A stretch of 63,602 bases of DNA, counting the filler, from Bigelowiella natans CCMP2755 (Eukaryota > Protista > Cercozoa): NCBI GenBank assembly GCA_000320545.1. It is 6 parts of 6 records of this genome, joined end to end, with 100 filler letters (N's around TTAATTAATTAA, not from the genome) between each part and the next. Parts side by side here need not be neighbours in the genome. Positions count along the whole stretch, not along the records: positions 1 to 31,373 come from ADNK01000788.1; positions 31,474 to 40,669 come from ADNK01002582.1; 4 more parts are not named here. One strand, given 5' to 3'. Numbering within the stretch: position 1 is the first letter of the stretch; each line of letters starts with the position of its first letter. The translations under genes and the position numbers were made by a program. This document shows, in pieces, positions 25,267 to 38,279 of this stretch. A model generated the notes under the pieces. That model did no database searches, was not told where the DNA came from, and saw only the letters and a list, made by a program, of their open reading frames with translations.

Positions 25267-27864
25267 TATATCCAGACATGTATTTGTGATTGAGCGCATG
25301 TCACAAAAATAAAGTAACATAAACGAAAGATCTTTTCCGTCTTGTTGAACTTCTTGCCTGGCTTTTTCCTCAGCTTCCTTGCGTCTCCTCTCCACCTCCT
25401 CGGCCTCTTGCTTTGCCTTTTTCTCAGCTTCTCTGCGTCTCCTCTCCACCTCCTCAGCTTCTTGCCTGGCCTTCTTCTCAACCTCATCACGAATTTTCTG
25501 AATCTCTTCATCATTGCGGAGAAAATGAACGATATCGTTATGACCTTGCTCGTTAGCCCAGTACAATGCGGTATTGCCTAGTGCAAAAATTAAACAAACG
25601 ATTGCGAGGCAAAACAACAGCAGTGTCAATCGCAATCAACTAGCCATCAAATCAACCCTACAACATCAAAAATTGCAACCACAAAACACTCAAACAGACT
25701 ACTAGCAACCCAAAATAACATTGTGTACTACTTCTGCTACAACTACATCTACTACCTCTACTACTATTTCCATTACTCACTACTCACTACTCAAAACTAT
25801 TACTAAGACCAATATCACTACTGCTACCAACAACAATTACCATCACCCACCCAACACTGCAAATACTGCCTAAACGCTAGCAATACTGCAGCTGCTACCC
25901 ACCGTATTTATTCTTCGCCTCGATGTTTGCCTTCATACCAACCAGGTACTTGACGGTCTCCAAATGACCATTGAAAGATCCCAAAATCAACGGCGTACCA
26001 CCTGGTGGTATGCGACCGCATTTTAGACGCACAAACAACAATGACACATGTATACAATATCAGCAACCATCCTCAAACTAACTTCTAATTAAATTAACTT
26101 TTGTAAAACTAATATTACTGTCTCTACTAATATCAATGCTCAGTTTACCAGTCTCTGCTACTCACTACACAATGCTGATACAGCTTCTACCTCTTGTACT
26201 CACTACTCAGAAACTATTGCTAAGACCAATATCACTACTGCTACCAACAACAATTACCATCACCCACCCAACACTGCAAATACTGCCTGAACGCTAGCAA
26301 TCATGCAGCTGCTACCCACCGTTATCGTTCTTTGCCTCGATGTTTGCCTTCATACCAACCAGGTACTTGACGGTCTCCAAATGGCCATATCTACAACCCA
26401 AAATCAACGGTGTCCAACCTGATGGTATGCGACCGCATTTTAGACGCACAAACAACAATGACACATGTATACAATATCAGCAACCATCCTCAAACTAACT
26501 TCTAATTAAATTAACTTTTGTAAAACTAATATTACTGTCTCTACTAATATCAATGCTCAGTTTACCAGTCTCTGCTACTCACTACACAATGCTGATACAG
26601 CTTCTACCTCTTGTACTCACTACTCAAAACTATTACTAATACCAACATCACTACTGCTACCAACAATAATTACCATCACCCACCCAACACTGCAAATACT
26701 GCCCAAACGCTAGCAATACTGCAGCTGCTACCCACCGTTATCGGCCTTTGCCTCGATGTTTGCCTTCATACCAATCAGGTACTTGACGATCTCCAAATGG
26801 CCCTTCCAAGATCCCGAAATCAACGGTGTCCAACCTGGAGGTATGCGACCGCATTTTAGACGCACAAACAACAATGACACATGTATACAATATCAGCAAC
26901 CATCCTCAAACTAACTTCTAATTAAATTAACTTTTGTAAAACGGCCTTTGCCTCGATGTTTGCCTTCATACCAATCAGGTACTTGACGATCTCCAAATGG
27001 CCTTTGTTAGAACCCGAAATCAACGGTGTTTTACCTGGTGGTATGCGACCGCATTTTAGACGCACAAACAACAATGACACATGTATACAATATCAGCAAC
27101 CATCCTCAAACTAACTTCTAATTAAATTAACTTTTGTAAAACTAATATTACTGTCTCTACTAATATCAATGCTCAGTTTACCAGTCTCTGCTACTCACTA
27201 CACAATGCTGATACAGCTTCTACCTCTTGTACTCACCACTCAAAACTATTGCTAATACTAATATCACTACTGCTACCAACAACAATTACCATCACCCACC
27301 CAACACTGCAAATACTGCCCAAACGCTAGCAATACTGCAGCTGCTACCCACCGTTATCGGCCTTTGCCTCGATGTTTGCCTTCATACCAATCAGGTACTT
27401 GACGATCTCCAAATGGCCCTTCCAAGATCCCGAAATCAACGGTGTCCAACCTGGAGGTATACGACCGCATTTTAGACGCACAAACAACAATGACACATGT
27501 ATACAATATCAGCAACCATCCTCAAACTAACTTCTAATTAAATTAACTTTTGTAAAACTAATATTACTGTCTCTACTAATATCAATGCTCAGTTTACCAG
27601 TCTCTGCTACTCACTACACAATGCTGATACAGCTTCTACCTCTTGTACTCACCACTCAAAACTATTGCTAATACTAATATCACTACTGCTACCAACAACA
27701 ATTACCATTACCCACCCAACACTGCAAATACTGCCTAAACGCTAGCAATCATGCAGCTGCTACCCACCGTTATCGTTCTTCGCCTCGATGTTTGCCTTTT
27801 GCTCGATCAAACACTTCAGTCGTGCGAGATCGTTGTTCCTTGCTGCTTTGAAGATGTCAGACAT
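25133..27864 (-). CDS. Ankyrin-repeat exons (N-cap, five internal 33-aa repeats, C-cap) plus E/K/R coiled coil
   Basis: Exons: 27768-27864 (N-cap MSDIFKAARNNDL...), 27352-27450, about 26942-27034 (truncated), 26736-26834, 26320-26418, 25903-26001. Each full internal exon is 99 nt, GxTPLIxGxxxGHLExVKYLxGMKANIEAK, phase 1-1. C-cap from 25577 (GNTALYWANEQGHNDIVHFL). Small exon near 25133-25163 (QEDLKRAQKK). Confidence 0.9.
25780..27800. repeat. Tandem exon+intron repeat, about 416-bp period, about 5 units, one with a 216-bp deletion
   Basis: Near-identical blocks such as GACCGCATTTTAGACGCACAAACAACAATGACACATGTATACAATATC recur near 26013, 26431, 26847, 27047 and 27463. Confidence 0.95.
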
Positions 27865-28359
27865 TGTCTCACTGTTTCTGCAATCACTGTGACGATGGGG
27901 GTGGACAATCGCAATGTGGGGGGGGGACGACTGTCGCGTATTTGCGGGCAAGAAAGATTTCGAGAGCTTTGAGATTCATCTTTTCCGTGTCAAAATTCCC
28001 ATTTGTCGCCTTGGTGCGGGCAATTTTCGTGAAAGACTTGCAACAATTGGCCATTTGAGTGGATTTCACAACAGATGTGTCGTTCTGGCCGTTCCATGGA
28101 CATTTTTGCGCCAGATTCTTCGCATTTGCAATTTATTCCGAAGTCTCACGAACGAAACCGGCTTCTCGGGTTTTTTTTGGAGTTGCCAAGTTCGTAGCCT
28201 CGCCTGGTCAATCCCATCAATCATTGCATTTGTTGCTACGGTGTCGCAGGCAAAAGAAAGTAAGCTGTTTTGTCATTTTTGGGGTTGTCGTAGGCAATAA
28301 TTGTCGGCCAAATCACGCCTGACGTGCAGCTCGAGGAGAGAACCCACCTTCCACTCGCA

Positions 28360-28718
28360 ATGGACGATGCCCCCAACCCTCCTGACAGGAAACACAACGA
28401 GAAGCCGGAGGGGGCTACGGACCCACCCCTGGATCTCAGCAATGTCTATCCACATCTTCCAAAGGCGGAGCTTCAATCCCTTGTGACTGTAATGATTGTT
28501 GGCGACTATTTCCACCTATTGTCCTTTTCGATTGCAGAAAGGAGCGTCCTTGCACAACGCGGTTCAGATGACTTCCACTCTCTCCCTGCCCCTCAAACCC
28601 GCCTTTCCTAACCCTCCAGATCATGCAGAGGTTGTATCCCTATTTCAAGAAGATGCCCGTTCTCACTCCCAAGCACGACCTACGAAAAGTTGTCAGGATC
28701 GCTGTGGAAACGGTTTGT

Positions 28719-28758
<40 letters not shown>

Positions 28759-28919
28759 CGCGCGTTTGCACACATAATGTATATTTGTATACAAGGTTAT
28801 TATTTTATTTATCTACGTCCGTATAGATATGTAGCAGAGGGAGTGAGGGGAACAGAGTAGCCCGAGTAGGCGAGCGACAGTGTATACAACCTTGCGCCTT
28901 CGACTGACGGTGTGTGTGC

Positions 28920-28961
<42 letters not shown>

Positions 28962-29716
28962 TGTAGAAAAGGGAGAAGGACTTCTTCTGGAGCCTCGAGT
29001 TCCACCCTGCGTACTACGCGGAGTTGGTGTACAAGTAAGAAGATGATCGTGACACTGACTATCTTGAGGGCTGAGAGCAAACAATAGCGTTGGCACGTAG
29101 CGAGTAGAACCCAACGACATGTTGCGTGTGGTGGGCAGATGTATCTCGCCCAGGGTCTATTATTCGCCCTCTCTGATCTAACCATCTCCCTAATATGGAA
29201 TCAGCGGCTTCTTACCCATCGCGACGCAGCTGCCCTTCCCCCCTCCCTATCCGGATCTGAAGGCGCAGATCCTTCGTATCATCCCGGTGAGGGGACAGAC
29301 GCCATTCCAATAACTATCTGATGCTATACGCCTTTTCTTGTTGTTGTCGTCGTCCTCAGACTGCGTTCTTTCTCTTTCCTTTGTGTGCTCAGTCCCTGAA
29401 AAACTACGTGGAAAAGCGTGGGAGGCTGATCGTGCTGCTGCCTAAGCTGCACAAGAAGAGATGCCTGGCAGTTGACTGGAAGCAGCTCCATGTGGTAGCA
29501 GTCGTTCGTCGTCATGGGCTGTCTCTTCTTCCCTCTTCCGTCATTTTCCTCTCCTCACCTTCTTTCTCTTCTCTCTTTCGATAGTCCAAGAACGCCCGCA
29601 AGCGCGCGAAGAAATTCGAGATTAGCTTTGACTCTGCCATCGAGAAGGTGGGGGGGAGGGGGGAGGGGTGAATGGTGCCTGTTGCTGTGTGTTGTGATGC
29701 GGATGGATGGATATGG

Positions 29717-29751
<35 letters not shown>

Positions 29752-29766
29752 ATGATATTAATAAAT

Positions 29767-29805
<39 letters not shown>

Positions 29806-29986
29806 TGTGTGTGTGTGTGTTTAAAAGATATGTATACATATATAATATAAGAAATATAATAACACAATCGCCGGCAAACACAACAGGTAATCGCGGGGTG
29901 CATGAAGCAGCACGGAGAGGAATGGCTGTTCGGCCCTGTTCGCGCTACTTTCCGTTGGATTCATAGGTCGGACCTTACTAATATAA

Positions 29987-30074
<88 letters not shown>

Positions 30075-30354
30075 GTATATATATTACCATCACCCTCCTC
30101 GCACATAGCTGCAGCAAACGGATAGATAGTATAGTAGCGTGGATCTATGGGTAAGGCAGTATCAGCTGAGGCAATGTGATTTGTCATAGCCATCCTATCA
30201 AAAGGAAGTAACTAAAGTTGGCAAGGAAGAAGAAACAAGCAGCAGCAGCAGCAGCAGGAGGAGGAGGGATAAGGAAGGCCGCAATGCTACCGCAACAACG
30301 GCAATTCGTCTCCATTCGGTCGAGCTATGGGAAGGAGGTCGGTTAGATGTGTAA

Positions 30355-30394
<40 letters not shown>

Positions 30395-30411
30395 ATTTGA
30401 TGGGATGATGG

Positions 30412-30445
<34 letters not shown>

Positions 30446-31373
30446 AGTGATGGTGATACCTATATCAGATGAAGTTGTCGCTGGGGAGCTCGGTTGTAGC
30501 CTGGGCAGCATCTATATCTCTCTCACGGGCTTCTACTCCAAGAACTCGACCGGTACAGAGAAACGAAGTAATTTTAGCCAAAATACTGTTAGATATACCC
30601 GTACGTTATATTATTCCCGTGTGCTGCTCCTACCGCGAATCGAGCACTTTGTGGTTGTTGATTGCCTCGCTGACGGTGTGGCGAAATGATGGGGAAACAA
30701 AGGCACGATCCAGATGGTAGCAATGGCCGGGCTGCTCAAGAGGTACGACGAAGCCCGCACGCACGTTAGCGATGACAATGGTTGTGAGGATGAGGAGGAT
30801 GCTGATGATGCTGCTGATGATGATGATGATGCTGATGACTATGATGTGAAATAGAGCTGGATTCAAACTCTGGGACCTTGGGATGGGCCTTCCATACAAG
30901 AAGGAACTAGGCGCTAAGGAATACCCGCGCGAAGAATTTGTAAGTCATGACCTCCTTCCCTTCCTCCTCCCTTCCATCCTCAGAAGCAGGGAAAGAAGAA
31001 GAAGAAGAAGAAGAAGAATGGGAGGAAGGAGGGGGGAGAGCGCCCATTGCTGGCGAAACTATCATTTCCTGGTGATGTTCTCTACAGAACGCTCTCTCAC
31101 CCTTGGCCCGGATAAAGTCCCAGGCCCCCCTACCGGTACCCCCAAATCCCCTCCTTATCTCCTCCCCCTTGGCCCCCCCCCCCCCCCCCCCCCTCATCCT
31201 TGCCCTCCCCTTCCATTTTAATAGATATGGAAGTTCTGGCAGCTGCGCAACATGCCACCAGTTCCTGAACCCGAGAGCGCCGCCGAAGACGAGAAGACGG
31301 GGGGGGGGAGGGTAAGGCCCAAGGAGAAGAAGATTAGGAACGCCAAAAGGGAAAACGATGTCGGAGCTGAGAA
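28360..31373 (+). CDS. Leucyl/phenylalanyl-tRNA-protein transferase (Aat)-like protein, runs to contig end
   Basis: Exons: FFWSLEFHPAYYAELVY; LLPKLHKKRCLAVDWKQLH; CMKQHGEEWL; DEVVAGELGCSLGSIYISLTGF; GTIQMVAMAGLL; GFKLWDLGMGLPYKKELGAKEYPREEF. The order is typical of the Aat fold. Confidence 0.8.
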
Positions 31374-31473
31374 NNNNNNNNNNNNNNNNNNNNNNNNNNN
31401 NNNNNNNNNNNNNNNNNTTAATTAATTAANNNNNNNNNNNNNNNNNNNNNNNNNNNNNNNNNNNNNNNNNNNN
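31374..31473. other. Artificial contig linker
   Basis: N-run, TTAATTAATTAA (stops in all six frames), N-run; 100 nt. Identical linkers at 40670-40769, 46752-46851, 60957-61056 and 62423-62522. Confidence 0.98.
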
Positions 31474-31601
31474 GTACACAGCCAGATCGACACACATCGG
31501 TGCTTCACCGTGAGTCAGTTGGTGCTTCAATACTAGTCTATACACGTAGACGTGTTGTAGCACGGCCTGTATTGCAGGGCCATCAACTTCTCGCCTCTCA
31601 A

Positions 31602-31637
<36 letters not shown>

Positions 31638-31657
31638 GTAGTTCATGTGTATCATGT

Positions 31658-31702
<45 letters not shown>

Positions 31703-32456
31703 CACCAAAGAGGAGGCCCATTGAGTAGACACATGCCTCATGCGGTTTCCACCAAATTGAACTTCCTTTGCTCCGAGCCGAGGCAGCGACCTGTAAAGAG
31801 AAGGGGGGGTGGGGAGGGGAAGGGAGGGGAGTAAGAGAATACTTCTGCCGTACTCTATATGGCCATATCTCTCACAGAATCAACTGTCGTTCTCCTTCGT
31901 TGGAAAATGCATTCGTCATTGATTTTGTAAGCATTCTAGAGCGGCGCTTGCCATTATTATTCTCTTATTATTACTATTAATATTTATATTCTCGATCTGA
32001 TAATCCTATTGCTGTTCTGGTCGTTGTTGTTGTTGTTGTTGTTGTTGTTGTTGCGCTTGCCTGGAGTTCGGAGCCAACAGCCGCCAACACTGCATCCACG
32101 CCTGCGTTCGCTTTGACGTTACCAGACCATGTTGTAAGTAAGTAACCAAGTAATAGTAATAATAATAATAATAACAAAGCTAAAAGAGAGGCGATGCGAG
32201 ACGCTTTACGATGGTGCTTAGCATGTACATTGGCCAAATCATCCTTTCGGCGTAACCTCCCCCCCCCCCCCCCTTTGTTCCTCCTTTGCTTTTCTTTTGG
32301 TCTGCGTGGGGTGATGAAGTCATGGCTGTTGCCGTCTTACCAGTGAGCGCAATCACGTCGATCAAGCTCGTCGCTGCAGCTCTCGGCTAGTGATTATAGT
32401 ACAAACACACACACACACACGCACACACACACAAATATATCATACCTCTCAACTTG

Positions 32457-32506
<50 letters not shown>

Positions 32507-32638
32507 TGGTTGGATGTGTGTGTGTGCCTCTTTCGCAAGGGTATGTGTTTTATGTGCTTCGAGGGACCCAACAAAGGCCCCCACGTAGGGGTAGTAGTGG
32601 TGGTGGTGGTAGTTGTTGTTGTTGTTGCAGTAGCAGTT

Positions 32639-32671
<33 letters not shown>

Positions 32672-32866
32672 GTTTCTGCAGAGTTCAGTCTCCAAAGATA
32701 CCGTGAATATGTGCTCGATATTGTCGTCGTAGAGAACGAATTCCTCCGGATTCTCGGACCAGTTTTTCTCCTGATCATACGTGAGTGTGAGCGTGAGCGT
32801 GTGTGTGTGTGTGTGTGTGTGACAGAGCATCATGATTCACTAATTATCAAAATAGCGTGCGGTAGC

Positions 32867-32900
<34 letters not shown>

Positions 32901-33415
32901 TGAAATAGTAGTAGGTAGTAGTAACAGCAAGGTTAGGACGTGGTGGCACCTCTGCAACCGTAACTCTCAAATACGCGACCGCGCACTTGGCGAGAGCCGT
33001 AAGCGTGGACTTCGTCTCCTGAGGCCGGCACTTGGCTAATCCCGTTTTTCCTAATGAGTGTGTGTGAGAGCACATCAAAAAAAATAAATACACTGGGCCT
33101 TCCTTTTGTTCAAAGAATCGTCACTGCTCCTTTCGCATATTCGCTCCTAACCGAGCGTGTATATCTCGTCTCTCGTGTGCGGTGCATGAGGCGATTTAAG
33201 CTGTGGCATTTCACTCGCTCAAAAGTGTAAAGTAAATCTGGATAGTGTACAATAGTAGCAATTGCGCGTGTTCGACCCACCCTTGAAGTCCTGCCTCACA
33301 CTCTCCGTGACAAACTCCATCACGTAGCTAAGATACATCGGCAGCCCGACTCTGATAATAGCGTTAAGAGCAACATGGTAAAAACACGCGCTTCTCTCTG
33401 TGTGGGTGTGCACGC

Positions 33416-33459
<44 letters not shown>

Positions 33460-33532
33460 TCCATAGTTCTATATGCTTGGGTACCAGATGATATAAAGAT
33501 GTTGATGGAATAACAATGGCGACTTAAAACCA

Positions 33533-33568
<36 letters not shown>

Positions 33569-34026
33569 GTGATGGTGATGGCGGCGGCTATGGGGTACTG
33601 ATGATGACGATATAGCAGGAAACAATAAGGTCGTATGTAGCATGTATATCGTTTACCTGTCCCCATCCTCATCAAAGGCCGCATCGTCGGATGGTGACGA
33701 CGAGGCGACATCGCTCTCCACCGAACCCTTCTGGTACACTGCGGAGACCTCCGCCAGCCCCTGAGAAAGGATGCGAAAAGAGTGGTCATTAGAGAGCGTA
33801 CGCTTCTACCGCCAAATACACGCCAGCGCGCCCACACACACGCACACAGTGGACAGCTTGCGAAAATATCACACGAGCAATGCTTCTTTCAGCCACCAAG
33901 CAAACCTGCATCATCGTTTTCGTGAAGGCCGGTCGGAACGAAGAGAAGATGTCAGAGAAAAACTTCTGGAATCTGCGCAGTGCTCGCACCGCCTCCAGCT
34001 GCATCATGACCCTGTGGAAGGCATAT

Positions 34027-34062
<36 letters not shown>

Positions 34063-34620
34063 TATAGTCTCTATGTTTGCAACGACGTTCTCTCACAGCA
34101 ACGTCCCATGCATACCACCCTGAGGGCGATGCTGTGTTCTCCAGAGTGAGCTTTCCTCTCAGGACAGTCAGCAGAGCTTCGAGCCTGCAACCAGAGCAGA
34201 TTCAATAACCCAAAAAAACCATGGATCGCTTCAGTTGTCAAATGTAGATGTCCGGGAGATGCTGTTTTGCATCAGTAACATGCGCAATACTTCCTTTCGA
34301 GATCGAAACCCACGTCTCTTCACGGTTTTCGCCACAGCCAACACTACATAATGAAGGCATTTTTTTCTCGGTTATCACTCACCACGGCTTCAGTGTGGGG
34401 AGCAGCAGCGCACGGCTTAGATCTTTCTCAGGAGAAGAAGAGGAGGAGGAGGAAGGAGACTTCCTGCTGGTGCCCCGTAACTCCGCGAGCGACAACACGC
34501 AAACCCCGTAAACACGAATTGCATTCGCGCGCACCTATGAAGAGAGAGGAGGAGGCAGAGAAAGTGGGAGGGGGGAAGGGAGGGGAGGGATGTACTTGAG
34601 GCCAGCTACATATGTGTACA

Positions 34621-34678
<58 letters not shown>

Positions 34679-35177
34679 GGGGGGGGGGGGGAAAGGGGAG
34701 ATGGACGGACAAGAAACACCTTAAGTGGATATCTTGGTTCTTTCAAGATCGCAAGCAGGCCCGGGAAGAGCTGAGGTAGAAACTTGGCAATCTAGAGGAA
34801 GGAAGGAAGGAAGGAAGGAATGAAGGAGGGGGGGGGGGAGAAAAGGGAGAAGGGAAACAAAACAGAGGACCACTCCTTAACTAGTCCTCCTGATGGATCA
34901 TTGCATGGAAAAATAGAGTCTGCGGCATGACTAAAGAGCTGCTGCTACTCAATATATCACCCTCATCATCGTCATCGTCATCATCATCGTCGTCATTAGT
35001 TCCACACTACTTCTACTACCACTACCGCAACCACTACTGCTGGTGCTGGTGCTGGTGCTGCTTACTTGGTGCGAGGTGAGGTCTTCCAATAGCGCTGATA
35101 CCGTGCGTAATGCCCCCTATAAGCGTAATGCATATGAGTTACTAATCGTTAGCTTGACCGTTTCAACACCACGCACA

Positions 35178-35234
<57 letters not shown>

Positions 35235-35469
35235 AAAGACTCGTATTTATAGCGTCCGGTATCTGCGCAAGCGACGACCTGCACAAGGTTTGGGTTGTCC
35301 CGCGTATTGAGGCACTTGACAAGGGATGGGAGCAGCTGTGGCCATTTCTCGGGATAATCAACAGCCCCTGTGCAAGGCATGGCGGGCGTGATATCAACGA
35401 CGATTGAAGCAAACATCCGTTGTCAATTTCTAAATGTTTATTGAAATACTGAAAATTTTGGGTGGTGGA

Positions 35470-35500
<31 letters not shown>

Positions 35501-35916
35501 CGTGTGCTTTACTACGATTTATAACTGTTCGAGTGCTCTCGGAATGGCAACCATTTTCTAAGACGTGTATTGTTTTCCTTCTACTGCAAAGAGTTTGACT
35601 TTACTCCTAGGCAACTGCCACCCTACCTATTGCTGCAATGGACATGCTAGCAGCCGTTCGTAAGAGGTGGTTCTATACCCCGCCAACACCAGAGAAAGCA
35701 CGTTAGTTCTTGTGCGCGCATGCAAGTGTATTGTTTGTGTTGTGGGAGAGGGGGGGCGGGTGATGAACGCAAGTGCAGGAAAGAAGATTAGTGGCTTGCG
35801 TGTGTTAAACAGACGGGTTATACCGGATCGCTAAGCAAAGCTGGAAGGATATTACGCAGCCTATCATTCAGCATCAACCATAAAATAACAAAGTGTGCAA
35901 AACCCTCTTGAGTCGA

Positions 35917-35952
<36 letters not shown>

Positions 35953-36223
35953 CTTTGTATGTGTTTGTGAGAGGTTAGAGAGATCGGATGCGTGCGAAGT
36001 ATGTGCTGCAACTGAAGATGATGGAGCAATTTGTGATACTACGTCGATAGTTATGCAGCATCTATAATTACTGTATCTTTTCTTTCTCGCTTATGGCAGG
36101 ACCGCTGTGAACATAAAGATATACCATGCAATGTTTGAATTTATACAAATAATTTTATAGAGAGTGTGTGCGTGCGCACACGCACGTGTTTGTGTGTATG
36201 TATGTATGTATGTATGTATGTAC

Positions 36224-36261
<38 letters not shown>

Positions 36262-36616
36262 GTACGGTTTCTGTGAGCTGTTCTCCCAACGCTCCTGAAT
36301 GAAGTTTATCAAAAGAATCCCCGACATTTGGCTAATAATGAGCAGAATATTTATTATCATCACCATCGTCATCATCACCGTCATCATCATTATCATCATC
36401 ATCATCATCACCTACAACCGCATTCGGCGCATAAAATGGTTGCGACACTCCTGTATGGGGACTCTATGCGTTTATCCCCAAATATCGACGCCAATACCAC
36501 GGAGTATCCTGAAAGAAATGAGCCAACAGCAGAGATATTAAAGCATTCAATATGCGCTGCCGTTCTGTCTGTGTTTACGCGTATTTGTGTTGTTGTCTGT
36601 GGATGCTAGTGATATA

Positions 36617-36671
<55 letters not shown>

Positions 36672-36951
36672 TGCACGCGCATCCATGTCACCGGGTTGCC
36701 TAGCCATCTCCCTCATCTTGGCATCAGCCTTTCCTACCGCGTCGGGACCTTAAAGCAGTGAACGACGGGCAATGTGAAAGGGGGGCAATTCAGAAGGAGG
36801 AGGATATGTCTAAGGAGATCGGTTTGATGAAAAGGTGATTCCTCTCCGATGCCCAGCTTTCCCCCTCTCCATGGTTTTTGCCCTCACCTTTTTGGCCCGA
36901 AAGAGCCTGGAAGCAGGCGAGGAACACACGCTTTGCCTGGTCGGACGCCAT
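31474..36951 (-). CDS. Importin-beta family karyopherin (importin-9-like), 5' part
   Basis: MASDQAKRVFLACFQALSG..., GYSVVLASIF, ERWENS, DYPEKWPQLLPSLVKCL, FLPQLFP, DQEKNWSENPEEFVLYDD. Many GT-AG introns; truncated by contig edge. Confidence 0.7.
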
Positions 36952-37490
36952 CGGCTGCTGCTGCGTAATCTGGAAGAATGAATGAAAAGTTGGAAAAAAA
37001 AAATAGATTAAATACCAATAAGTAGTTTTACATTCGAATCATGTCGACATAACAAGTGTTTGCAGTGTCACTGGAGGCACGCATTTGGTCAAAATTATAT
37101 CGTTGATATTTCGTGTATTTGCAGTGCAAAGAAAAGTACGTGGCAGTAAATTTTTGGTGAGAGCACCTGCAAACTCAACCTTCCGGCCAGATTGTTACCG
37201 GAACCTGCAAGAAGAAAGAGCGTCCAGGCGTAAATGAAGGGCAATTTACTACAAAGACATTCTGATTACGTGTCGCATTTTTGTCATCAATGGCATCCCC
37301 CATCCTCGGAGTTATTAGGGCTGAAATTCTCCGTAGTACCTCAAGAGCGCTCATCGTACGACAAACGAGGCGAAGTGTCATTCTATTTCCGCAAAAACTG
37401 TAATTATTTCATTGTCGCAGTATGTAAAATAACTGTACTTATGACTTTGTGTTCGAGTGGTATAGGCTACGACAGTCTGAACTGGCCAGC

Positions 37491-38279
37491 ATGGTGCCCT
37501 TTTGACCGGGTTGGGGTAGCATCTCTCTCATTGAGGGAGGGGGTGGGGGAGGGAGCTCAAAATTCCTGCGACGTTGGAATTGAATTTAATCTAAGGAATT
37601 ATAAGTTATTAACTCTCTACAACTTACTTTCCCCCCAACAGCGGCTGGAGAAGTGCTACTTCTGCTCGGGCACGATCTACCCAGGCCACGGGATCACATT
37701 CGTACGTAACGACAGCAAAGTCTTCAAATTCTGTCGCTCAAAATGCCACAAAAACTTCAAGCAGAAGCGAAATCCTCGAAAGGTAGCGCGTATGTGTGCT
37801 GTATGTATGTATGTATGCATGTATGTATGTCTGTGTGTGTGTGTGTTTGTATGTGCATACAGCAAGGTCACGCTTCAGATCATCCGATATCCGACGAGCA
37901 AATGCTCGTTCCCTGACCCCTTATATTACCTCAGGTTCGCTGGACGAAAGCATATAGAAAGGCCAACGGCAAAGAGCTGGCCAAGGACAGCGTCTACGAG
38001 TTCGAAAAACGCCGAAATGTCCCCGTGAAATACGACCGTGAGCTTATGGTCAAGACTCTGAAGGCAATGACGAAGGTAGAAGACATCCGAACAGCCAGGG
38101 AGCGTCGATTCAAGGAGAAGCGCCTCAAAATCGCGCGCATCATACAGTCCAAGCAGGCACGTGCCGAGATCAAGCGCGACATCAAGCTTATCGTCGCGCC
38201 ACTTGCGCTCAGGAAGAAGGAGGAGGTCAAGGAGAAGATCACGCAGACAAGCAAGAACAGCAAGATGGAGATGGACTAG
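37491..38279 (+). CDS. RLP24: Ribosome biogenesis protein RLP24/RSL24D1
   Basis: ATG|intron|[47 protein letters not shown]|[38 protein letters not shown]...MEMD*. Confidence 0.95.

Noticed and set aside
25780-27800. CRISPR-like or DGR-like reading of the repeat with variable segments
   Set aside because: The units are 416-bp exon-intron duplications. There are no cas or reverse-transcriptase genes, and the variation is not restricted to adenines of a template copy.
31374-31473. Recurrent TTAATTAATTAA motif in N-runs
   Set aside because: Synthetic six-frame-stop linker, not biology.
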